Assembly: GCA_963804955.1 (NCBI GenBank)
Contig: CAWDSQ010000024.1
Coordinates: forward strand, 128,001 to 192,000
Length of the DNA stretch: 64,000 nucleotides
Source of the DNA: an uncultured delta proteobacterium
Lineage (GTDB): Bacteria > Desulfobacterota > WTBG01 > CAIYCZ01 > CAIRTM01
Direction of reading: 5' to 3'
Shown piece by piece: positions 22,926 through 32,070 of this stretch. The stretch's first letter is position 1. The number at the start of each line of letters is the position of its first letter. The translations under genes were made by a program, and so were the position numbers. The notes beneath the pieces were generated by a model, which searched no databases, was not told the origin of the DNA, and saw only the letters and a program-made list of their open reading frames with translations.

Positions 22926-22936
22926 GGAGGATACTC

Positions 22937-24751
22937 GTGGCGCTGATATGCCCAAAGTGCAATACCCTGAACGACAAGACGGCCGGGTTCTGTATGAACT
23001 GCGGATCGGCGGTTGCTGCGAACAGCAGCGGTGCCTCGGCAAGCTTTACCGCTGAAAAAACAGCAGCACTGGATCACATAAAGGACTATTCCGAGCGTAC
23101 TGTTGCCGCTGTTCTCATACCCATGTTTTTAAGCATGTTTATCACCTTTGTTTTTCAAAAATACATTGTTGCGTATTTTGGCCATGCCAATTTTTTATAC
23201 CGTCTTCTGATACCAACCGGTGAATGGTTGCAACTCCTGGTGCCGACATTGACGTTTTATATCTTTGTGTGGTCATGCATTGATCTGCTCTGGAAGGCCC
23301 TGAGGAACATAAGGATTTCACGATGCCTGGGCAATGCTGTTGTGTCACAGCTGCCGATATCTGTCAGGAGTAAATCGATTGATGCCATTCTTCAGGAACT
23401 TGCACAGGTGCCTGACGCCATCAGGCACAATATTGTTTTCATGCGCATTCTGTCACTCCTGCAGCATATACAGTCAACACGCGACTTGCAAAGAAGCCAT
23501 GAATTTTTCAAACATCAGACATCCATAGATTCTGATACTGCGCAATCCGGCTATACCCTTATTAAAATTTTCATCTGGGCAATGCCCATTTTAGGATTTC
23601 TTGGAACCGTTATCGGCATCAGTGATGCAGTAGGGAATTTTTCAGGATTTCTGAGCGGTGATATCGAAAAAGTAGATATTATTAAGAGGGAGCTTGCAAA
23701 AATTACCACAGGCCTTTCCTATGCCTTTGATACGACGCTGCTCGGTTTGGCCGGCAGTCTTGGCGCCATGCTGTTTTCCACCTTTGTGCAGACAAGAGAA
23801 GAAACCTCACTGACGGATTTGGAAGAATTAGGGTTGAGAATTGTTGCCAATGCCAGCACGGGAACGGCAGATACAAAAGCCGATGAACTAGCTGCCAATC
23901 GGGCTGAGCTGAGCGATCAAATAGCGGGATTTTCACAGGCGATCAATCACCTCACTGTACAGCTGCATGCCAATGCTGAGAGGTTACGTGACGCGCCTGC
24001 ATTGATCGAAAACTTTTGCAGAAGTTTTTCCAAAGAAGCGGGTCTTTTGACAGACTGTCTGGGTACGTCAACATCGCGATTACACGACATCACGAAGAGC
24101 CTCTCTGACAAAGAATCAGAGGACTCGATTATGCAGTCATTAAGCCGGTTCAAGATGATGATGCATGATCAGACACAGACCGTTTCAGAAAACATACGAA
24201 GCTTCATAAAGAGCATGCAGGAAAGCGCCATTGCACTATCCGGTGAATTTTCCCGGCTGCCTGATGAAATAAAATCGTATCGGGCTGGCTTGAAAGAGGA
24301 ATCAGAGCATTTATCGCGCAGCATGACGCTTGCAGCAACTCATTTTGAAACCCTCACTGAAAAAACTCAGCAGTTTCATGAATCAACGCAGCTATTAGTG
24401 AATGAATTTTCGCAGTTGTTCCCCATAGTGCACGAAAATGAACAGGTGATCAAAAACAAAATTCATGAATTTGAAGAATTAAGCAGCCAGTTCAAGGCGG
24501 CCTTTACCGCCAATACGGAAAGATTCGTCACGTCTCTAGGCCGCTTCTCCGGCAAGGTTGAGGACCTGAACGCTACACAAAAGACCACGGCGCAGGCTGT
24601 GCAGGCATTGGATGAACTGAACCTTTTAATAAGCGCCATGCAAAAATCGCAGGAGGACATCACGCGATTTTTAAGCGAGCTGACGGGCCCGCTTGAATTC
24701 AGGTTATTTCCTGCCGCAAAGGCCTCGTCGGAAAAGCCCTCAAAAAAATAA
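22937..24751 (+). CDS. MotA/TolQ/ExbB proton-channel protein with an N-terminal zinc ribbon and a long helical C-terminal tail
   Basis: CPKC...CMNCG; WAMPILGFLGTVIGI; LSYAFDTTLLGL; about 300-aa heptad-like tail; AAGGAGG RBS. Confidence 0.85.
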   Translation: MALICPKCNTLNDKTAGFCMNCGSAVAANSSGASASFTAEKTAALDHIKDYSERTVAAVLIPMFLSMFITFVFQKYIVAYFGHANFLYRLLIPTGEWLQLLVPTLTFYIFVWSCIDLLWKALRNIRISRCLGNAVVSQLPISVRSKSIDAILQELAQVPDAIRHNIVFMRILSLLQHIQSTRDLQRSHEFFKHQTSIDSDTAQSGYTLIKIFIWAMPILGFLGTVIGISDAVGNFSGFLSGDIEKVDIIKRELAKITTGLSYAFDTTLLGLAGSLGAMLFSTFVQTREETSLTDLEELGLRIVANASTGTADTKADELAANRAELSDQIAGFSQAINHLTVQLHANAERLRDAPALIENFCRSFSKEAGLLTDCLGTSTSRLHDITKSLSDKESEDSIMQSLSRFKMMMHDQTQTVSENIRSFIKSMQESAIALSGEFSRLPDEIKSYRAGLKEESEHLSRSMTLAATHFETLTEKTQQFHESTQLLVNEFSQLFPIVHENEQVIKNKIHEFEELSSQFKAAFTANTERFVTSLGRFSGKVEDLNATQKTTAQAVQALDELNLLISAMQKSQEDITRFLSELTGPLEFRLFPAAKASSEKPSKK

Positions 24752-25111
24752 ATCGCAGAAAACCAGTGGTTCTTCACATTTGTTTTTGTACGCACCCGAC
24801 CCGCCCCCCCCTGTCCAGGGGATGCGCTTTTCGGGTCAAACTTCATTTCAAAGCCGGTATTTTTGCCCAACCTGGTCAGAGGGGTTAGGGGGGGTGCTAA
24901 ACCGTAAATTTCAAATGTGACGGTCCACTAGCCTTTTTTTATATGCCCATAATTCCGGTACGTCCCCTGGTCCTGTTATTTTTTTTTAAAGTTAATTTAA
25001 AAACAACCGATTATTAAATTAAAATCAAATACTTCGACAGTGTTTGATTTTTACTCTCCGTCAATGAGGCGGAATATTATCGAAACCCAATATACAGGAA
25101 AGGGAAAAATT

Positions 25112-25192
25112 ATGGCAACAGCAAAAAAAGCTCCTGCGAAAAAAGCTCCTGCGAAAAAAGCACCTGCGAAAAAAGCGGCTAAGAAGAAGTAG
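25112..25192 (+). CDS. 26-aa Lys/Ala/Pro basic peptide (histone H1-like KKAPA repeats)
   Basis: MATAKKAPAKKAPAKKAPAKKAAKKK*, with a purine-rich RBS and an immediate terminator. Confidence 0.7.
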   Translation: MATAKKAPAKKAPAKKAPAKKAAKKK

Positions 25193-25210
25193 TTGCACCG
25201 GATTCCCCCA

Positions 25211-25243
25211 AAAAGGCAGAGCATTCGCAGCTCTGCCTTTTTA
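25211..25243 (+). terminator. Terminator
   Basis: aaaaggcagagc-attcgca-gctctgccttttt. Confidence 0.8.
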
Positions 25244-25271
25244 TTTTGCAGGTGCAGGGATCAAAGACAGG

Positions 25272-25318
25272 AAAAGGGAATGGTTCTCATTATAAAATAG
25301 AACCATTCCCTTTTTTTT
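25272..25318. terminator. Bidirectional terminator-like hairpin
   Basis: aaaagggaatggttct ... agaaccattccctttt. Confidence 0.65.
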
Positions 25319-25525
25319 CGCCCCTGCTGGTTCCCGGTTCAGGGGTGCTTTAAAACAGACCATTTATGTGCTATCAGATTACATGACCGCTTTACCTAAG
25401 ACTTTTTTTGCCTTGTTGCGTCACGTTATGGTATTACATACGTACCAGGGCAGCAGTATCTGAACGGCTAAGGACTGAATTTTTTTGCAGCGCCACTAAA
25501 ATTTCAAAGCAGAAGGGTTCCATCC

Positions 25526-26053
25526 ATGAAGCATCACATAACAAAAACCATAACGTATTTTTTGGGAGCTGCGGTACTTCTGTGTGCAGCCGGGGAAGGA
25601 GCATTTTCCATGGAAAAGGGAAAAATAGAGCTATTCGATGCCCGGACGGGCAAGACAACACTTGTCGATAAAATAATAAAAACAAATGCTGAATGGAAAC
25701 AGCTTCTCACGGCCGAGCAATATGAAGTCACGGCCAATGCGGGGACGGAAAGGGCGTTTACCTGCGGCTTTCTCAATCAGAAGGAAAAGGGCCTGTACAA
25801 ATGCGTCAGATGCGGAACAGATCTTTTTCAGTCGAGCACAAAATTCGACTCGGGCACAGGCTGGCCAAGCTATACAGAGCCCGTATCAAAGCTCAATATT
25901 GTGGAGCAGCAGGACCGGTCAGCCGGCATGGTGCGGACAGCTGTTGACTGCGCACGGTGCGGCGCCCATCTCGGCCATGTTTTTGACGACGGGCCGCCTC
26001 CCACGGGAAAAAGATATTGCATAAACGGAATAGCCCTGCAGTTTGTAAAGTGA
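25526..26053 (+). CDS. msrB: Peptide-methionine (R)-S-oxide reductase with a signal peptide
   Basis: [35 protein letters not shown] and two CxxC motifs. Confidence 0.95.
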   Translation: MKHHITKTITYFLGAAVLLCAAGEGAFSMEKGKIELFDARTGKTTLVDKIIKTNAEWKQLLTAEQYEVTANAGTERAFTCGFLNQKEKGLYKCVRCGTDLFQSSTKFDSGTGWPSYTEPVSKLNIVEQQDRSAGMVRTAVDCARCGAHLGHVFDDGPPPTGKRYCINGIALQFVK

Positions 26054-26291
26054 TGCCCCCTGCCCCACAGGCAGACATGCTGCATCTTTGAATGTGCAGC
26101 TTTCCCTCAAGCCGGGGCAGGTTCACAACGCCTTCCGGTTGGCGCCCTGTGAGATCAGAAGTAAAATTAATGACTGTTGTTCATGCCCGGTAATCAGGCA
26201 ACTCTTTTGGGGCGCCAGGTTGAGTTATTCATTTATTCATGACTGTCACCTGGTTGGCCCCGCGCGGTTTTTGTTTGCGCCTTAGTTCTTT

Positions 26292-26663
26292 TCAGTGGAG
26301 TATGCTTTGCACGATGCTGACAAGCCGCGCGGGCTCGATGGGCTTTTGAATAAAGCCGATAAAGCCGAATTCGCGTATTTGCGTTGTAGCGGCAATTTGA
26401 TCCGCCAGGTTGCTTATAAGGTATATGGGTATGTCGCTGTTGTACCGCTTGATCTTTTGAGCGGCCTGAGCCCCCGAGTCCATTTCCTCCATCATCATAT
26501 CGCACAGTATCAGGTCCGGATTGGTCCTTTGCGCAACATCGAAGCCCTGCCTGCCGCTGGTGGCCGACACAACCACATATCCGTTGCGGGTCAGAACCGT
26601 ATTGACGGTTTCGATGATGTCGGGGTCGTCATCAATCACAAGCACTATTTTTGTTTCTGCCAT
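26292..26663 (-). CDS. Single-domain response regulator
   Basis: VIDDD, DLILCDMMM, FIQKP. Confidence 0.9.
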   Translation of the reverse strand: MAETKIVLVIDDDPDIIETVNTVLTRNGYVVVSATSGRQGFDVAQRTNPDLILCDMMMEEMDSGAQAAQKIKRYNSDIPIYLISNLADQIAATTQIREFGFIGFIQKPIEPARLVSIVQSILH

Positions 26664-26750
26664 GACGTTCTCCTTTGCTGCCGGTTTATCTCGTGCAAGG
26701 CCTCATGGAACGCAGATGATTGTCTGCCGGGAACCCACTGTACTTTTAAA

Positions 26751-26779
26751 ACTATAAAATGCAGGCCCTTGTGTGTCAA
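26751..26779 (-). promoter_or_regulatory. Sigma70-like promoter TTGACA-17-TATAGT upstream of the response regulator
   Basis: Minus strand reads ttgaca cacaagggcctgcattt tatagt. Confidence 0.55.
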
Positions 26780-27073
26780 GGCAAATGAGAGGGATAGTGC
26801 CCTGGACAGCGGACCTGATCCGACACATGAAGATGCGCCCTGTCAACTCAATAAACTTCTCCCTTTCTGATCAGGGCAATTTGCCAACTGCCCTGATCCC
26901 GCCTTTATTGATGTATGTATGGACGCCCCCCACGTTCAACTCTTTGTGTATTGCGCGGCATTCAGAATATATGCTATTGTTTGCTGAATTATTACTGCAT
27001 GCACGGATGGCCCGTATGGGCCTCCACACAGGCAGTGCCATGCGCACCTGATCCGTGTCAGGAAAAAATCGAT

Positions 27074-29290
27074 ATGTCAATTTCTATTAAAGAAAAGGAA
27101 CTCTCCATGCTTTATTCGAAAAACAATCTTGAACATGGCTATGCCAATAAGATCCTCAGTATCGATCTGGGGAAGGATGATATCCGCGTAAAAGATCTCG
27201 ATCCGGTTGTCAGGGATTATTTTCTTGGCGGCCGCGGTCTGGGGCTGTACCTGCTCTATCGCCATATCAGTCCCACGACCAGGGCCGCTGATCCTGAAAA
27301 CCCCCTGATCCTCTCGCCCGGTCCACTGGGAGGCGTCCCGCAGTTCCCGGGCACGGCCAAATGCATGGCCATTTCTCTTTCTCCCCTGACCGGGATACCC
27401 GGTGCTTCCAATTTCGGCGGGCATTTCGGGGCGTACCTGAAATATGCAGGCTTTGATGCCATGGAAATCACCGGCAAGGCCGGCCGTGATGTCATGATTG
27501 TCATTAACGCCTTCAAGGGTGAAATCACCATCGAGCCGGCCCCGGCTGTTGATCAGGTATTTGCCCTGGAGCAGGAGCTGGTTGCAAGGTTTACCGGGCA
27601 GGGCTACGACCGCAAAGACATGGTTTTTCTCACCACCGGCATTGGCGCGGCGCGCACGAAGTATGGCTGCATCAACAGCCATTATTATGACCCGACCAAG
27701 CCGGTGAATGGCTCCAAAGGGCTTTTCCGCGTCAAGCAGGCGGGCCGCACCGGCCTGGGAACCGTGATGATCGACAAGTCTGTCCGCACCATTGTAATCC
27801 TGTCGCACTATCCCAAGGGCGATAACCCCTACGGCGCAGCGGACTGGGACAAAGTCAAACAGGCCGGTCAAAAGCTCAACCAAGTCGTCCATGAGGTCGA
27901 TCCGAACTATCTCCAAATGAACCGCAAGGGCAGCGCCGGCCTGATAAGCTTCATGAACAAGGAGGATTATCAGTCGCTTCCGGTGCGCAACTACCAGGCC
28001 GGTTCCGACCCCGAGGCCGGAAAGATTTGCGGGAGCCACTATGCCGAGCACCTGTTCGAGCATGGCGGCAACGACGGCTGTTTCCCGGGCTGCAGCCTCA
28101 GGTGCACCAAGGGCGGCTGGACCACCCTGCAATCCGGTGCGGGAAAAGGGCGCAAGGTCTGGGTCGACGGCCCGGAATATGAAACCGCCGCGGGATTCGG
28201 CTCAAACCTCGGCATCTTCAGTCCGCAGTTCATCATGGAGGCCAACTGGCAATGCGATGACTACGGTTTCGACACCATCACCCTGGCGGTGATCATGGCC
28301 TTTATCATGGAGTGTTTCCAGCGCGGCTACCTGACCCGGGATGACGGGCAGGGTCTGGAGCTGACCTTTGGCGACGAAGCCGCGGCGCTCGCGTTCATCC
28401 ATCAGGTTGCCCGGCATGAGACCGAGCTGGCCCGCCAGGCAGGACTGGGCATGACCAGCCTGATCGAGTGGGTAGCCCGGCGCTGGACCGAGCGTACCGG
28501 CGGCCCGGACCCCCGCCCTGATCTGGCACGCTTTGCCATGCAGACCAAGGGCCTGCCGTTCTCGCTCTATCGCACGCACCGGTCGCTTTCCATGCAGGGC
28601 TCCTATGCCGCTGCCAGCGATATCGGCGCGCACCATGCCGCGGCCTGGCTCATCAAGGTCGATCTGCTGGGGGCTTTCCCGGATTTTCAGTCCAAAGCCA
28701 GGGCGCTGATCACCTATCCGCGGGTGCGGCTGGGCAATGACAATCTGGGGCTCTGCAAATTGCCCTGGGTGGATGTCTTTAATCCGGAGAGCCAGCACAC
28801 GAAAGCTGCGGATAAGCATATCAATCCGGCTTCACAGGAAATCTATGCCGATTTTTTCAACGCCATGCTGGGCACCAGCCTGACCTGGGAGCAGATTTTT
28901 GAGCGCACCGACCGCGACATTAACCTGCAGCGCGTCATGAATGCCGTGATCTTCGGCGAGCAAACGGGCGTGTATGACTGGATTCCGGACCGGGCCATCG
29001 GGCCCACCGATGATGCGCTCTACCAGTCCGAAGCTGCATATAGCGATGCCGACCTGGGCCGTCTGGCCGGGCTGTCTCCTGAGGAGATCAGGCGCATGCC
29101 GGTCACCGAGCGGCGCGTGCGGCTGATGAGCAGCCGCAAGGCCGCGCTAACCGAGCTGATCCAGGCCTACTATGCCGAGCGGGGATGGACTGAAAGCGGC
29201 ATTCCCCGGCCTGCCGTTCTCAAGGAACTTGGCCTCTGGGAATTTCTCAGAGAAGACACCAGGACAAAGATCTCCGCTTTGGCATGCTGA
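27074..29290 (+). CDS. Aldehyde:ferredoxin oxidoreductase (W/Mo-pterin AOR family)
   Basis: LGGRGLG, SPLTG, GGHFG..LKYAGFDA, AGRTGLG, C..GC..RC, GPEYET, CDDYGFDTI. The start may be 27107. Confidence 0.9.
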   Translation: MSISIKEKELSMLYSKNNLEHGYANKILSIDLGKDDIRVKDLDPVVRDYFLGGRGLGLYLLYRHISPTTRAADPENPLILSPGPLGGVPQFPGTAKCMAISLSPLTGIPGASNFGGHFGAYLKYAGFDAMEITGKAGRDVMIVINAFKGEITIEPAPAVDQVFALEQELVARFTGQGYDRKDMVFLTTGIGAARTKYGCINSHYYDPTKPVNGSKGLFRVKQAGRTGLGTVMIDKSVRTIVILSHYPKGDNPYGAADWDKVKQAGQKLNQVVHEVDPNYLQMNRKGSAGLISFMNKEDYQSLPVRNYQAGSDPEAGKICGSHYAEHLFEHGGNDGCFPGCSLRCTKGGWTTLQSGAGKGRKVWVDGPEYETAAGFGSNLGIFSPQFIMEANWQCDDYGFDTITLAVIMAFIMECFQRGYLTRDDGQGLELTFGDEAAALAFIHQVARHETELARQAGLGMTSLIEWVARRWTERTGGPDPRPDLARFAMQTKGLPFSLYRTHRSLSMQGSYAAASDIGAHHAAAWLIKVDLLGAFPDFQSKARALITYPRVRLGNDNLGLCKLPWVDVFNPESQHTKAADKHINPASQEIYADFFNAMLGTSLTWEQIFERTDRDINLQRVMNAVIFGEQTGVYDWIPDRAIGPTDDALYQSEAAYSDADLGRLAGLSPEEIRRMPVTERRVRLMSSRKAALTELIQAYYAERGWTESGIPRPAVLKELGLWEFLREDTRTKISALAC

Positions 29291-29513
29291 TGTGCAAGAT
29301 CTGCGAAAGATAAAAAGAAGATAAAAAGGGGGCGGTTGTAGTATGAAATTACAACAGCCCCCTTTTATTGTCTGCATAAAACCACCGCCTTTGGCGGTTG
29401 ATGCAGAAGCAACTCGGCACTGCGTGACTCTTGTTTTCCCCTTTCAGGGGAATCCCAAGCCGCCCGCTATGCGGGTGGTAATTGACTTCCGCAACACCAT
29501 CAAGGATCAGATT

Positions 29514-29882
29514 ATGATTGTCGGAATGATAATAATAACTTCAGCTTTGGTGTTTTATTCGATCGGTGTGTGGTCTGAGCGGTTTGCAGGCAGATTGAAG
29601 CCCTGGCATCTCGCTTTTTTCTGGCTGGGCCTGGTGTTCGATACCTGGGGTACGGGACTGATGTTTGAAAGAGCCGGTGGAATGGTATTTGATGTGCATG
29701 GAATTTCAGGCCTGCTTGCTATCGTTCTGATGCTCATACACGCTGTTTGGGCTACGATCGTGCTGCTGCGCAAAGACGAGCGCTGGATCACGAGCTTCCA
29801 TGCATTCAGCGTGGCCGTCTGGACCATCTGGCTTATACCATATTTCAGCCCGATGTTTTTTCAATTGGGAGTAAGAGCCTGA
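29514..29882 (+). CDS. HsmA / TIGR03987-family membrane protein
   Basis: ALVFYSIGVWSE, LKPWHL.FFWLGLVFDT.GT, HGISG, HAVWA, WLIPY. Confidence 0.85.
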   Translation: MIVGMIIITSALVFYSIGVWSERFAGRLKPWHLAFFWLGLVFDTWGTGLMFERAGGMVFDVHGISGLLAIVLMLIHAVWATIVLLRKDERWITSFHAFSVAVWTIWLIPYFSPMFFQLGVRA

Positions 29883-29975
29883 CGTGAAGTTCGGGAATCG
29901 TCTATAACGCTTTAGATACTTACAACCGCCCCCTTTTTACGAGCCAGGGCAGCATGAATCAGGGTTCATAAATCC

Positions 29976-31292
29976 ATGCATATGTTTTCAGTTTCCAATA
30001 CGTTCCGGGCCCTGCGGTACAGGAACTACCGCCTGTTCTTCATCGGGCAGAGCATATCCCTTACGGGCACCTGGATGCAGCAGGTCGCGATAAGCTGGCT
30101 AACGTACCGGCTCACCGGCTCTGCTTTGTTGCTCGGGATCATCAGCTTTGCAGGTCAGCTTCCCGCATTTCTGCTGCTGCCCTTTGCCGGGGTCATAGCA
30201 GACCGCTTCGACAAGCGGCGCGTGCTTATCATGACGCAGGTGCTGTCCATGCTGCAGGCGCTTATACTGGCATTTCTGGTTATAACCCAGCTTGTGGCCA
30301 TATGGCAGATCATCCTGCTGAGCGTGTTTCTCGGGATTGTAAATTCTTTTGATATGCCCGCGCGGCAGGCCTTCGTCATACACATGGTGGACCGCAAGGA
30401 AGATGTCTCGAATGCGATCGCCCTTAATTCCACCATGTTCAACGGCGCCAGGCTGATCGGCCCCACCATAGCCGGCATGCTCATTGCGATGCTGGGCGAG
30501 GGCATGTGTTTCCTTCTGAATGGCCTCAGCTATGCCGCTGTCATAATTTCCCTGTACATGCTGTCAGTAAACGGTTTCGTTCCGAAAAAAAAGGACATCC
30601 GTAAGCCGCTTGCAGATCTTCTTGCCGGCACGCGCTATACCTTCGGGTTTGTGCCCATACGGGTGCTGATCCTGCTGCTGGGACTGGTAAGCCTTGCCGG
30701 TATGCCGGCATTCGTGCTCATGCCCGTATTTGCCAAAACCATTCTCCACGGCGGCCCTCATACGCTTGGGATGCTCACCGGCGCATCGGGGCTGGGGGCT
30801 CTTGCGGGGGCGCTCTATCTTGCATCGCGAACGAGCATACTTGGGCTTGGGCGCGTCATAGCCGTAGCATCCGCCGTGTTCGGAGTGGCGATCTGCCTGT
30901 TTTCCCTTTCCGGCAATCTGTATATCTCGCTGTCAGTTCTGGTGTTTGTCGGCTTCAGCATGATCGTGCAGCTTGCCGCAAGCAACACCATTCTTCAGAC
31001 CATTGCCGATGACGCCATGCGCGGCCGCGTCATGGCCTTCTACGCCATGGCCTTTGCGGGCATGGCCCCCATCGGAAGCCTGATAGCCGGAAGCGCGGCA
31101 GACCGCTTCGGCACGCCTGCCGTTGTTTTTACCGGAGGCTTGCTCTGCCTTGCCGGAGCAGCTGTATTTTGCGCGTACCTTCCTTCGCTCAGGGCCCTGC
31201 TGCGGCCCGTGTACATACAAAAAGGAATACTTCCAGAGATTGCCCTGGGCATTCAAACTGCCGATACACTGACTTCGATTCAGAAGGAATAA
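29976..31292 (+). CDS. MFS transporter (MFS_3/DUF894 type)
   Basis: FRALRYRNYRLFFIGQ, GVIADRFDKRR, DMPARQAF, MRGRVM; about 12 TMs. Confidence 0.92.
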   Translation: MHMFSVSNTFRALRYRNYRLFFIGQSISLTGTWMQQVAISWLTYRLTGSALLLGIISFAGQLPAFLLLPFAGVIADRFDKRRVLIMTQVLSMLQALILAFLVITQLVAIWQIILLSVFLGIVNSFDMPARQAFVIHMVDRKEDVSNAIALNSTMFNGARLIGPTIAGMLIAMLGEGMCFLLNGLSYAAVIISLYMLSVNGFVPKKKDIRKPLADLLAGTRYTFGFVPIRVLILLLGLVSLAGMPAFVLMPVFAKTILHGGPHTLGMLTGASGLGALAGALYLASRTSILGLGRVIAVASAVFGVAICLFSLSGNLYISLSVLVFVGFSMIVQLAASNTILQTIADDAMRGRVMAFYAMAFAGMAPIGSLIAGSAADRFGTPAVVFTGGLLCLAGAAVFCAYLPSLRALLRPVYIQKGILPEIALGIQTADTLTSIQKE

Positions 31293-31443
31293 GGGCTACG
31301 CAGTATAGTGAATCGTTGAATCGAACGACGGTTTGAACCTGCGGAAAAAAGATATATAACATCTAAAAAAGGGGGCGTCACCTGGTTTGCGCCGGAAAGA
31401 TAAAAACGCGGTTATATCATTTTTCAACAGAAGGGAGTTTTTT

Positions 31444-31639
31444 ATGAAAGTAACTATAGATTAGGATCGTTGCATGGGAGACAGGCAGTGCAGTGAGATG
31501 TGTCCTGAAGTATTTGAATATGATGAGGGAAAGACTGAAAGCGCTCGTGCGTGTTGAGTTTGTTCCGCCTGAACTGGAAGAGCGTGTCAGGCAGACTGCT
31601 GCGAAATGTGATACGGAGGCTATTACCATCGAGGAGTAA
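31444..31639 (+). pseudogene. Single-cluster ferredoxin interrupted by an in-frame TAG (31462-31464) and a +1 frameshift near 31528
   Basis: MKVTID*DRCMGDRQCSEMCPEVF...AAKCDTEAITIEE*; GGGAG RBS. Confidence 0.75.
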
Positions 31640-31647
31640 CATAGTAC

Positions 31648-32003
31648 TCCGGACCGGGCCATCGGGCCCACCGATGATGCGCTCTACCAGTCCGAAGCTG
31701 CATATAGCGATGCCGACCTGGGCCGTCTGGCCGGGCTGTCTCCTGAGGAGATCAGGGGCATGCCGGTCACCGAGCGGCGCGTGCGGCTGATGAGCAGCCG
31801 CAAGGCCGCGCTAACCGAGCTGATACAGGCCTATTATGCCGAGCGGGGATGGACTGAAAGCGGCATTCCCCGGCCTGCTGTTCTCAAGGAACTTGGCCTC
31901 TGGGAATTTCTCAGAGAAGACACCCGGATACATATCTCCGCTTTGGCAGGCTGATGTGTACCCTGCGCAGGATAAAAAGAAGATAAAAAGGGAGAGGCTG
32001 TAG
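31648..32003 (+). repeat. Diverged duplicate of the AOR 3' end and downstream DNA (copy of about 28984-29342)
   Basis: Near-identical from tccggaccgggccatcgg to aagataaaaaggg, with scattered substitutions. Confidence 0.92.
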
Positions 32004-32070
32004 ATGCTCACTAATTAGGTAACTTTTTTGGTCGATATACATAGTATAATAATCCAAAGGAGATACGGCT

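Noticed and set aside
21720..24751. Canonical Zorya system
   Set aside because: There is no OmpA-domain ZorB and no zorC/D/E; kept only as an analogy.
26915..27073. N-terminal extension of AOR
   Set aside because: Low-quality sequence with no RBS; family similarity begins after 27074-27107.
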